A program made the translations under genes and the position numbers. The notes beneath the pieces are model-generated. The model made no database searches. It saw only the letters and a list, made by a program, of their open reading frames with translations, and was not told the origin of the DNA. This document shows positions 1 through 8,498 of a stretch of 64,000 nucleotides of DNA, piece after piece. The stretch is taken from contig JANQNE010000007.1 of NCBI GenBank assembly GCA_028279725.1, forward strand, positions 99,406-163,405. Reading direction: 5' to 3'. Position 1 is the first letter of the stretch, and each line of letters starts with the position of its first letter. The stretch comes from Candidatus Nanoarchaeia archaeon. Lineage in GTDB: Archaea > Nanobdellota > Nanobdellia > Woesearchaeales > JANQNE01.

Positions 1-1
1 C

Positions 2-373
2 ACAGATAAGATAGGGCATAAAAAAACACTCATAATAATACTCCTCAGCTGGATAGCTATAATACTGCTATTATATTTCATAAGCAACCTGATCACCTAT
101 GTAATAGTTGGATGTGTGGGAGGAGCATTGCTCGGTGGAGTCTGGACAGTTACAAGGCCTATGCTTCTTACGCTGGTTCCAAAAGAAAAAGCTGCTGAGT
201 TTTTCGGATTCCAGGGGCTTACAGAGAAGTTTGGAGGAGCTTTAGGACCTATACTTTTTGGATATGTCGTAGTAAGAGCAGGCTACAAGCCAGCCTTGCT
301 AATCATAATTGCGCTCCTTATCATCGCTCTGTCACTTTTCAGATTTATCCCGACCAAAAAGGTGAACCTATAG
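2..373 (+). CDS. MFS-type transporter, C-terminal fragment. The frame is open from the window edge, so this is 5'-partial. It is possibly an LplT-like lysophospholipid transporter given the Aas-like gene that follows.
   Basis: The frame is open from nt 2 with no stop. The sequence is a hydrophobic TM-helix protein, LLIIIALLIIALSLF. The ORF track starts it at GTG 116. The LplT analogy rests on synteny only. Confidence 0.45.
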   Translation, partial: TDKIGHKKTLIIILLSWIAIILLLYFISNLITYVIVGCVGGALLGGVWTVTRPMLLTLVPKEKAAEFFGFQGLTEKFGGALGPILFGYVVVRAGYKPALLIIIALLIIALSLFRFIPTKKVNL

Positions 374-377
374 ACAT

Positions 378-2813
378 ATGGCATTAAAAACATTCAAAGA
401 ACTGATAGATGGATTCAAAGACTCAGATAATACAGCGGTAATAAATAGAAAAGAATACAGAAAATTCACCTATTCTTACAAACAGTTGTATATTCTTTCT
501 AAGAAATTCTCAGCCTTTCTAAACAAGAACAACATAAAAAAAGGAGATAAGATAATTGTCTGGAACTATAACAGTATAGAATATGCTTTGATCTTCTTGG
601 GAGCTTTTTTAGAAGGAGTTATTGTAGTGCCTATAGATCTTAGATCAAACATAGATCTTGTGGAAAAAATACAGAAAGAAGTGAAAGCAAAGATAATATT
701 TCAGACAAGATACAGGTCAAAGCTAAAAAAAGCAAAGACAGTATTCACAGAAGATATTCTGGACATCTTAGAACAGATAAGACCAAAAAAAAGCTCAGTA
801 AATATTAAAGAGAACGATATCGCTGAGATAATCTACACATCCGGAACAACCGGAAATCCAAAAGGTGTTATTCTCACAAACAAGAACTTCATCTCTAACG
901 TAAACGCCCTGAATAAGATAGAAAAGATACAGCCATGCTTCAGATTTCTTTCAGTCCTTCCTTTAAGCCATGTATTTGAGCAGGTTGTAGGGCTATTCAT
1001 ACCATTATCAAACAGATCTACGATTGTTTACATAAAAGCTCTAAAGACGAGAGCATTGTTCGAGGCATTTAGTGAGGAGAAGATAACAAACATGGCTACG
1101 GTTCCAAGGCTTCTTGAACTGATAAAGTCAGGGATAATGAAAAAAGTGAAAGATAATAAGAAAGAAAAACAGTTCCTCTCTGCGCTAAAGATCTCAAGCA
1201 AGCTCCCTTACATTCTAAGAAGATTCATATTCAGGAAGATACACAAAAAATTTGGAAGCCATGTAAATTATTTTATGTCAGGCGGAGCAGCTCTTGATCC
1301 AGAACTGGAAAAGTTCTATGATTCTATGGGGGTAATTCTTCTTCAGGGATACGGCCAGACAGAAACATCTCCTGTCCTTACATCCAACACACTAAAAAAT
1401 AGAAGGATAGGCTCTGTCGGAAAAAAGATTCCAGGAGTCAGCCTAGAGCTGGATAAAGAAGAAGTGCTTGCCAAAGGGCCTAATATAACACAAGGTTATT
1501 ACAAAAATCCAAAAAAGACAAAAGAACTGTTCAAAGACAGCTGGCTAAAGACCGGAGACTTAGGCTATTTTGATAAAGATGATTTTCTGTTCCTGAAAGG
1601 AAGGAAAAAAGACTTGATTGTGACAGCTGCCGGAGTAAATATCTATCCAGAAGACATAGAATCTATATTAAACAAGACTGAAGGAGTAAAAGACAGCTGC
1701 ATCATAAGTATAGACGACAAGATACATGCTTCCCTATTGCTGAAAAAAGGGACAAACTTAAAGAAAATAATTCAGCAGGCTAACTCAAAGCTAGATTCTT
1801 CGCAGAAGATACAGGATTCCAGCACCTGGCCTTATGAAGATTTCCCAAGGACAACAACTATGAAGATAAAAAAATTCGCAGTAAAAGAGACGATCCAGAA
1901 CAAGGCAAAGCCGAAGATCACAGAGAGAAAGAACAAGCTTTTCAGCATATTATCACAGTTGACAGACAAAAAGATAACAAAAGATTCGACACTCCAAAGC
2001 CTAGGTCTTTCATCAGTCGACAGAGTAGAGCTGATCTCTCTCTTAGAGCAGGAATTCAATATCGAGATAGATGAGGAAAATATATTTCCAACTACAAAAG
2101 TAAAGGATCTTGAAACAATAATAAAACAGAGAAAACAGGTAGAAGAAAATCCGATATTCAAAACATGGGCTCTATCACTGCCGATCAGAGTGATCAGGGT
2201 AATCGCACAGGCATTTATCCATTCTTTTGTAAGATTCTACAGCTGGCCTAAGGTTGAAGGAAAAGAAAATCTCAAAGGAGTTAAAGGACCTGTTATATTC
2301 ACAGCAAACCATCAGAGCCATTTTGACACCCCTACAATATTCACTAAGCTGCCCCATAGATTCTCAAAGAAGATTGCAGTTGCAGCATGGAGGGAGCACT
2401 TTTTCAAAGATAATCTTGAATTCAAGAGCAAAGGGCTAAGAAATCTATTTTACGCTCTCACGATAGTGTTTAACATCTACCCATGGCCACAAAACAAAGG
2501 ATTCAGAAAATCGTTGAAATATACAGGAAGCTTGATAGACAAAGGATGGAACATATTGATATACCCAGAAGGAGAAAGAAGCAAGACAGGAGAGTTTCTA
2601 GAATTCAAGCAGGGCATAGGTATAGTTGCTGTAGAAACAAAAATCCCAGTAATACCGATAAGAGTCCATGGAACTAGAAACTCGCTTCCAAGAGGGAAAA
2701 ACTGGCCAACTTTTGGAAGATCTAAGATAAAGATTGGAAAACCTATTATAATTAAGGAAGATTCTTATATCAAAGCAGCCAATAAGATAGAAAAGGCGAT
2801 AAAAGAACTATGA
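378..2813 (+). CDS. Tri-domain fusion protein, Aas-like. Order: AMP-dependent acyl-CoA/acyl-ACP synthetase, then an acyl carrier protein domain, then a 1-acyl-sn-glycerol-3-phosphate (lysophospholipid) acyltransferase.
   Basis: AMP-binding signature IIYTSGTTGNPKGV plus YGQTE. A central phosphopantetheine-attachment-like segment LGLSSVDRVELISLLEQEFNIEIDEE (DSL-type serine). A C-terminal PlsC-family HX4D motif NHQSHFDT plus a YPEGERSKTG (FPEGTR-like) motif. Confidence 0.75.
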   Translation: MALKTFKELIDGFKDSDNTAVINRKEYRKFTYSYKQLYILSKKFSAFLNKNNIKKGDKIIVWNYNSIEYALIFLGAFLEGVIVVPIDLRSNIDLVEKIQKEVKAKIIFQTRYRSKLKKAKTVFTEDILDILEQIRPKKSSVNIKENDIAEIIYTSGTTGNPKGVILTNKNFISNVNALNKIEKIQPCFRFLSVLPLSHVFEQVVGLFIPLSNRSTIVYIKALKTRALFEAFSEEKITNMATVPRLLELIKSGIMKKVKDNKKEKQFLSALKISSKLPYILRRFIFRKIHKKFGSHVNYFMSGGAALDPELEKFYDSMGVILLQGYGQTETSPVLTSNTLKNRRIGSVGKKIPGVSLELDKEEVLAKGPNITQGYYKNPKKTKELFKDSWLKTGDLGYFDKDDFLFLKGRKKDLIVTAAGVNIYPEDIESILNKTEGVKDSCIISIDDKIHASLLLKKGTNLKKIIQQANSKLDSSQKIQDSSTWPYEDFPRTTTMKIKKFAVKETIQNKAKPKITERKNKLFSILSQLTDKKITKDSTLQSLGLSSVDRVELISLLEQEFNIEIDEENIFPTTKVKDLETIIKQRKQVEENPIFKTWALSLPIRVIRVIAQAFIHSFVRFYSWPKVEGKENLKGVKGPVIFTANHQSHFDTPTIFTKLPHRFSKKIAVAAWREHFFKDNLEFKSKGLRNLFYALTIVFNIYPWPQNKGFRKSLKYTGSLIDKGWNILIYPEGERSKTGEFLEFKQGIGIVAVETKIPVIPIRVHGTRNSLPRGKNWPTFGRSKIKIGKPIIIKEDSYIKAANKIEKAIKEL

Positions 2814-3211
2814 TGAGATCAAAAAACTGGAAAAACACACTTGCTCGTGACACGATGGTCTTAGGTGGCCTTCCATTCTACTTTATTGTCGCAGTCAGGG
2901 CAGTAATCGGACAGTTCGCACCTTTTGTAACACAGCTTGTCATCGCACTTATTGTCATACTCATCCTATCCAGGATGATCAAAAACTCAGACCAGTATAT
3001 TGCACGTGCACTTGTCCTTGTAGTTTTCACATCAATATTCTACAAAGACTCATTCTTCACAGTCTTTGCATCTTTATTATGGTTGATGATGATCATATCT
3101 GCACTTTACTTGAAGGTCAAAAGCAGCGAAATAAGCAAAGGGATATTCATTGGGATTATCGCAGCCATAATAAGCCATTACCTAACTCCTGTAATCATAC
3201 AATTGATTTAG
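2810..3211 (+). CDS. Small integral membrane protein, hypothetical. Translationally coupled to the Aas-like gene through an ATGA overlap.
   Basis: Four predicted TM segments. The start overlaps the stop of the upstream gene. Confidence 0.4.
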   Translation: MMRSKNWKNTLARDTMVLGGLPFYFIVAVRAVIGQFAPFVTQLVIALIVILILSRMIKNSDQYIARALVLVVFTSIFYKDSFFTVFASLLWLMMIISALYLKVKSSEISKGIFIGIIAAIISHYLTPVIIQLI

Positions 3212-3214
3212 AAT

Positions 3215-3709
3215 TCAGTCAACAGTAGTTGTAAACTTATCTCCGGCTACATGAAACATCTTCTTTCCATCTTTATTATGATAAGTTAACAAGACTTGCC
3301 CGATGAATATGAAATGGTCTCCTGCTTCTATCTCTTTCTCTACCTTGCATTCAAGATAAGACAATGCATCCTTTATCCTTACTCCATCGATAGCTTCAGC
3401 ATCCTCTTTCATCAAGCCAGCATGCTTAAACTTATCAACATGTCTCCCAGAGACCTGTCCGCACAGCAATAGCTTATCTTTCATCTCGATCGGAACAAAA
3501 TTAACGACAAAACTTCCTACTGATCTTATCATCTCGACAGTGTGATGGTCATTCCTAACAGCTATGGCATAAAGCTGAGGGTTTATAGAAACAGGCATAT
3601 GCCAGTCAAGAAGAAGTATATTCTCCCTTTCATCAGTCTTACCCAAAACACTTGTCTCTGCTCTTGTAGTAACTGCAACAGTCTGTCTCGGATTTATAGA
3701 ATCAAACAT
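3215..3709 (-). CDS. Flavin reductase-like FMN-binding domain protein.
   Basis: 164 aa. The pattern is typical of the flavin reductase-like domain family, with DHHTVEMIRSVGSFVVNFV and a conserved GD pair. Confidence 0.55.
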   Translation of the reverse strand: MFDSINPRQTVAVTTRAETSVLGKTDERENILLLDWHMPVSINPQLYAIAVRNDHHTVEMIRSVGSFVVNFVPIEMKDKLLLCGQVSGRHVDKFKHAGLMKEDAEAIDGVRIKDALSYLECKVEKEIEAGDHFIFIGQVLLTYHNKDGKKMFHVAGDKFTTTVD

Positions 3710-3710
3710 C

Positions 3711-3941
3711 TTATTTCTTTTTCTTCTTCTTTTTTGGATGATCTAATGCCCATTCTGCTTCAATAGGAGCATAAGTCATCGATATTATTGATGCTACAAA
3801 CATTATTGTAAAGAATATACCGAATGTGAATCCCCAGCTCATTGATCTTGGAAAGACATATATCGCAGAGACTAAGAATCCGACCATGCTTGTTAACATA
3901 AAACTTCCTGATAAAGGAGCAACTTTGTACATACCTATCAC
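3711..3941 (-). CDS. Small membrane protein with a lysine-run N-terminus, hypothetical.
   Basis: Two TM helices. The stop/start abuts the flavin reductase gene. Confidence 0.3.
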   Translation of the reverse strand: MIGMYKVAPLSGSFMLTSMVGFLVSAIYVFPRSMSWGFTFGIFFTIMFVASIISMTYAPIEAEWALDHPKKKKKKK

Positions 3942-4057
3942 CTCATTTGATTATTATCTTTTAAAATTTATAAAGTTATTGGAATTTTCAATCGTGGCGG
4001 ACCGAGCATAGCGAGGTCCTCCATACTTTCTACCAGATCTTTAGAAAAAATCTGAAG

Positions 4058-5155
4058 TTATTGGAATTTCACGAAATTTAGCTTTGTTATATGTTTCTTT
4101 GCCTTCTCCACACCATCATTAAAATTCTTCATAAAATCATCCATCTTCTTGCATGAGATATTCTTGCACTCACCGCACAACAATTTCCCAGCTTTGCAAT
4201 TTTCATATATTTCCTGTAATTCTTTATCTTCCTCAACAAGATGCTGCTTCTGTAGTTCAAAATTCATGCATTCCTCAGGCCTTCCTCCTTTTTCTTTCTG
4301 CTCATCAACAGTATCTCTTCCTCCTGTCTTTGCTCTCTTTATCTTCTTCTTGACTTTCTCTATAGGCTCAGGCAATTCGATGCAGCTCTCTGGCTTTGAC
4401 TTTGACATCTTTAACCCTCCATCTAATGAAGGGGTATATTTATGATAAAGTCCTGAAGGCAGGAAAAACTTATACTTCTCCTTTGTCCTTCTTGCAACAT
4501 CCCTAGTCAGCCTAATGTGGGGATCCTGATCAACACCGACAGGTATTATCCCTGGCATCCTCTCTTCCATCTGAGGATACAATATATCTCCAACCTGGGT
4601 CATAGCTGCCATTATTCTGCTTGGATCGGCGCTTCCATAAACAGCCTTAAACTCATTCAGTGTGATTTTCCTCGCAAACTCATAAGCAAGATGTATCACA
4701 TCTTTATTCTCCGACTGGAAATAGAATGTGGTCTTCTTAGGGTCTAGTCCTAATGCAATATATGCTGGAATATGAAAATTCAAAGCCCTTCTCTGCGCTT
4801 CTTCTAATGTAACTCCTCTTGTGCATGCTGATTCAAGATCAGCTATTAATATGAACGCATCTCCTCCTCTCTCCTGAAAATATCTTATATTCTCTACAAC
4901 CATCTTGTTTCCAAGATGTATCTTCTCTCCAGAAGGCATTATTCCGCTCAAGACATAGAATCTTTTCTTGTTCTTTATTGCTTTTGATATGGGTTCAAGA
5001 TCTCTTCCGCTAAAAACAACCCCTCTTCTCATTATCTTGTTCGGCTTAGGAAATGTCTTAGCTCCAAAAGTCTCCAACCCAAAATCTTTTACGATCTTTT
5101 CATAATCTTCAACTAATTCGCTTCCCCATGGGTCTATAATCTTTGCCATATGCAA
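4058..5155 (-). CDS. trpS: Tryptophanyl-tRNA synthetase of the archaeal/eukaryal type, with a C-terminal four-cysteine motif that is putatively Fe-S.
   Basis: Class I HIGH-like PSGEKIHLGN. KMSKS motif. GVDQDPHIRLTRDVA is the TrpRS-type DQDP. The C-terminal C-x23-C-x6-C-x2-C resembles the [4Fe-4S] motif reported for some TrpRS enzymes. Confidence 0.75.
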   Translation of the reverse strand: MHMAKIIDPWGSELVEDYEKIVKDFGLETFGAKTFPKPNKIMRRGVVFSGRDLEPISKAIKNKKRFYVLSGIMPSGEKIHLGNKMVVENIRYFQERGGDAFILIADLESACTRGVTLEEAQRRALNFHIPAYIALGLDPKKTTFYFQSENKDVIHLAYEFARKITLNEFKAVYGSADPSRIMAAMTQVGDILYPQMEERMPGIIPVGVDQDPHIRLTRDVARRTKEKYKFFLPSGLYHKYTPSLDGGLKMSKSKPESCIELPEPIEKVKKKIKRAKTGGRDTVDEQKEKGGRPEECMNFELQKQHLVEEDKELQEIYENCKAGKLLCGECKNISCKKMDDFMKNFNDGVEKAKKHITKLNFVKFQ

Positions 5156-5244
5156 AAATTAGGCATAGCTTTATTTAAACATTTCTGTTTTTTAGTATAA
5201 ACGAAAAACATTTATATGATATGACTAAATAATTACACCAGACA

Positions 5245-6198
5245 ATGAATATCGCAATAACAGGTTCTAACGGGTATGTGGGAAATTTCCTAGTTGAATA
5301 CTTCTCTAAAAAAGGAAATAATGTGATTGGATTAGATATTGCATCCATGGACCGCCAAAAAACATACAAAAACTTCAAGTTTGTAAAGTGTGATGTAAGG
5401 AATAAAGCACTGGTTAAAAAAACATTTGAAAAAGAGAAAATAACGCATATATTCCACCTGGCATATCTTATGAGTCCGCAACACAACAGAAAATTTGAGT
5501 TTGATGTTGATGTTAATGGTTCAAAAAATGTCTTCGAAGCTGCAAATGAGGTAAAGACAGTAAAACAATTCATACATTTCAGTTCTGCTAGCATCTATGG
5601 TGGCTGGCCATACAATCCGTTATGGATAGTGGAAAAAAGTCCAAGAAACCCGAGAGATTGGGTCTATGCGCAGAATAAGAAGATTGTTGAAGACTATTAT
5701 TTCAATTTCAAAAAAAGAAAAGACCTTAAGCTTGTTAACTTTAGGATGTGTACTGCTGTCGGCCCTTCTTATTACAAAGGTGGTGGTGTCGTAAAGACGT
5801 TATCAGGCCCTATCGGGCTTCTATTAAATGGAAAAGACACACTATTACAGTTCATCCATGAAGATGATGTAAATAAGATAGTTGAACTTACAGTAAAAAA
5901 GAAGATAGAAGGAGTATTCAATCTTGCTCCTGATTCATACTCAATAACTAAAGAGCTAAATCCAAATCCAAAGAAGATCTTTATCCCGTTCCCAAAGATA
6001 CTTTTCAAACTGATAGTATCTATCCTATGGTATACAAGAATAGCTCCTATCTCACCAACTTCAGTCAATTTAGTTGCGCATGGGGTTGTTGTTTCACCAA
6101 AAAAACTAATGAAAGCATTAGATTACAGGTTCAAATATTCTACAAAAGAGGCTTTTTTTGACGCTGTTAAAAAGAGGAAGAAAAATAAGACTTTATGA
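5245..6198 (+). CDS. NAD-dependent epimerase/dehydratase family protein.
   Basis: N-terminal Rossmann motif ITGSNGYVGNFL. 317 aa. Confidence 0.65.
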   Translation: MNIAITGSNGYVGNFLVEYFSKKGNNVIGLDIASMDRQKTYKNFKFVKCDVRNKALVKKTFEKEKITHIFHLAYLMSPQHNRKFEFDVDVNGSKNVFEAANEVKTVKQFIHFSSASIYGGWPYNPLWIVEKSPRNPRDWVYAQNKKIVEDYYFNFKKRKDLKLVNFRMCTAVGPSYYKGGGVVKTLSGPIGLLLNGKDTLLQFIHEDDVNKIVELTVKKKIEGVFNLAPDSYSITKELNPNPKKIFIPFPKILFKLIVSILWYTRIAPISPTSVNLVAHGVVVSPKKLMKALDYRFKYSTKEAFFDAVKKRKKNKTL

Positions 6199-7196
6199 AA
6201 AAGAAGATAGATTTCTCAGATGGATGGCATCCTACAAAAGAGGGGTATGTTGAATGGTGGTACTTTACATTAATTTGTGAAGATGGCTGCTATATTTCAG
6301 GGGTTTTAGCTATAAAAGACAAGACACCTCACGTCTGGCTTTCTATAAATAGTGAAGCAGGTAAGCCAATATATGTTAACAATACGCATGCATTTAAGGA
6401 TTTCAAAGCTTCAAGAAGATCATGTAATGTAAAAATTAAGAACAGCTACATAAAAGAGCATGGAAAAGATATCAAGATCAAAGTAAAAGAAGGGAATATT
6501 GACCTATGTGTTGATATCAAGAGGATTGTCACCTGGAGGGATAATAAGATCAGTGGTAATGTTAACAAGAAAGAAAAAGCTATGTGGATTGTTCCCTGCC
6601 TAAAAGGAGATTTCATAGGATATCTTAAGATAGGAAACAGGAAACATAAGATGAAAGGTCTTGCATTCCATGACCATGTCTGGAACAATATCAAGACAAC
6701 AACAGGATTGGCAAACTTTAATCAGTGGTATTGGGGCATTGCTCTAAGCAGAGACTTTGCATGCCTTTTTGTCTGTGTCAGATTCAAGAGAAGGATCTTC
6801 AAATTCTTATGTTTTGAAGAAAATGGAAAAGTGATGTCTTCTAACGATGAGATCAAAGAAAAGGATTTTAAGATAGAGACTGATGGAAAATTCCCTCCGA
6901 AAAATATTGATATCTTCTTAAAAGGTGAAAAATTTGTTGAAATCAAGCTGAAAAAAGAACATAAGATCCCTTTCATAAGTAAAAATCCTCTCGCAAATAC
7001 AATCTTAGAGAATGTTGTAGGCATATCAAAAGTCCATCTTAGCGGAAATTTCAAGAACACGAAAGAGCGCGGAAGGAGTTTTGTAGAGATGCTTAGGTTC
7101 CAACTAATGCCTCGACTACCCCGAAAGCTGCCTCTTTCCTTGAAGGAAAGACTGCAATCTGTATTTTCACGTGGAAACAATTCCCGGAATCAATGA
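6195..7196 (+). CDS. Hypothetical protein, possibly CrtC/AttH-like of the carotenoid 1,2-hydratase / lipocalin-fold hydrolase family.
   Basis: N-terminal GYVEWWYFT resembles the EWWY motif of the CrtC/AttH family. This identification is weak. Confidence 0.35.
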   Translation: MKKKIDFSDGWHPTKEGYVEWWYFTLICEDGCYISGVLAIKDKTPHVWLSINSEAGKPIYVNNTHAFKDFKASRRSCNVKIKNSYIKEHGKDIKIKVKEGNIDLCVDIKRIVTWRDNKISGNVNKKEKAMWIVPCLKGDFIGYLKIGNRKHKMKGLAFHDHVWNNIKTTTGLANFNQWYWGIALSRDFACLFVCVRFKRRIFKFLCFEENGKVMSSNDEIKEKDFKIETDGKFPPKNIDIFLKGEKFVEIKLKKEHKIPFISKNPLANTILENVVGISKVHLSGNFKNTKERGRSFVEMLRFQLMPRLPRKLPLSLKERLQSVFSRGNNSRNQ

Positions 7197-7542
7197 TCCT
7201 AAACTCATCATTAAGCAGTTTCTCTTTATCTAACCTTATGAAAAAATTACAGTCATCATCAACTCTGCTTTCTTTCTGTCTTATCAACATATTCTTCTGA
7301 ACTTCATCAAATTTAGAGAAAAAACTGTCTAAAAAAGCATTAACATTTCTGTCTTTATTCAGAAGAACAGTATAGATTATTATCTCCTTTTCGTTAAAAC
7401 CCTGAGCTTTCTTCTCTTCAATCTTTATCTTTTCTTTCTCAAGGTCTAAAGGGATCAAAGACACTAACTTCTCCTTTATCCTTTCCCTGTCCTCTCCTTC
7501 ATTTGCAAAAACACTTATTTTTACAGAATGCGCTATTTTCAT
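7093..7542 (-). CDS. UPF0201-like small RNA-binding protein (COG1325-type), tentative.
   Basis: 149 aa. The length and composition resemble the archaeal UPF0201 family. It overlaps the 3' end of the convergent gene by about 100 nt. Confidence 0.4.
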   Translation of the reverse strand: MKIAHSVKISVFANEGEDRERIKEKLVSLIPLDLEKEKIKIEEKKAQGFNEKEIIIYTVLLNKDRNVNAFLDSFFSKFDEVQKNMLIRQKESRVDDDCNFFIRLDKEKLLNDEFRIIDSGNCFHVKIQIAVFPSRKEAAFGVVEALVGT

Positions 7543-7589
7543 AATAAAATGATAACAATAAATTTATATAAGCTTTACGTTTTATATTA

Positions 7590-8495
7590 TTGATGAAGCA
7601 TACATTAAAGATTACACTTATACTGATCTTATTCTTCCTGATTACACAGGTTGTAGGGCTATCTATAATAAACAGTTATATCGACCACAAAACATCAGTT
7701 GAAACAGGAAAATCAACATTCAAATCATTACCAGGTGGCCTAGAACGTCCCCAGGTTGAAGAAGAAACTTCTTATATTCCGATATTTGCTGCAATAATTG
7801 TGGGGACTCTGCTGATATTGTTGATAATCAAGATGAAAAAAGTAAGATTATGGAAATTTTGGTTCTTCTTATCTGTCTTATTGTGCCTCACAGTTGCACT
7901 TGCAGCTTTTTTCCAAAGTATATATGCTTTCATTGCAGCATTGCTCTTATCATTACTAAAAGTATTAAGGCCAAACATCTACATACATAACCTAACTGAA
8001 ATCTTCATCTATGGTGGACTTGCAGCGATCTTTGTTCCTATCATCAGCTTTAATTCGGTCATTGTCCTTCTGCTATTGATATCAATCTATGATATGTTCG
8101 CAGTTTGGCAGAGTAAACATATGGTCAAGCTTGCTAAATTCCAGACAAATTCTAGATTATTTGCAGGTCTGCTTATACCTTATTCATTACCAAAAAAAGC
8201 TAAGAAAACAGGAAAGACTAAGATGGTAAAGGTTAAAGCAAACAACGCAATCCTTGGCGGAGGAGATATAGGCTTCCCATTAATCTTCGCAGGTGTTGTC
8301 ATGAAAAACCTCATGCTTCAAGAACCAATGATGACAGCATTCCTAAAGACACTGATCATCCCATTAATAGTAAGCTTCGCACTTCTATATCTTTTAGTAA
8401 AAGCAGAAAAAGACAAGTTCTACCCGGCAATGCCCTTCCTATCTATTGGATGTCTGGCTGGATATGGCGTTTTGACATTAATTGCTTTATTATAG
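7590..8495 (+). CDS. Presenilin / signal-peptide-peptidase-like intramembrane aspartyl protease, GxGD family A22.
   Basis: Multi-TM protein. YD motif SIYDMFAVW. GxGD-type motif LGGGDIGFP. C-terminal PAL-like FYPAMPF. Confidence 0.6.
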   Translation: MMKHTLKITLILILFFLITQVVGLSIINSYIDHKTSVETGKSTFKSLPGGLERPQVEEETSYIPIFAAIIVGTLLILLIIKMKKVRLWKFWFFLSVLLCLTVALAAFFQSIYAFIAALLLSLLKVLRPNIYIHNLTEIFIYGGLAAIFVPIISFNSVIVLLLLISIYDMFAVWQSKHMVKLAKFQTNSRLFAGLLIPYSLPKKAKKTGKTKMVKVKANNAILGGGDIGFPLIFAGVVMKNLMLQEPMMTAFLKTLIIPLIVSFALLYLLVKAEKDKFYPAMPFLSIGCLAGYGVLTLIALL

Positions 8496-8498
8496 AAC

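Noticed and set aside
1832-2357. Minus-strand ORFs of 109 and 60 aa inside the Aas-like gene.
   Set aside because: They are embedded antisense in a domain-rich, clearly coding plus-strand gene.
5175-5594. A 139-aa minus-strand ORF between trpS and the epimerase gene.
   Set aside because: It spans the divergent promoter region and overlaps the 5' third of the epimerase gene antisense. It has hydrophobic low complexity and no RBS.
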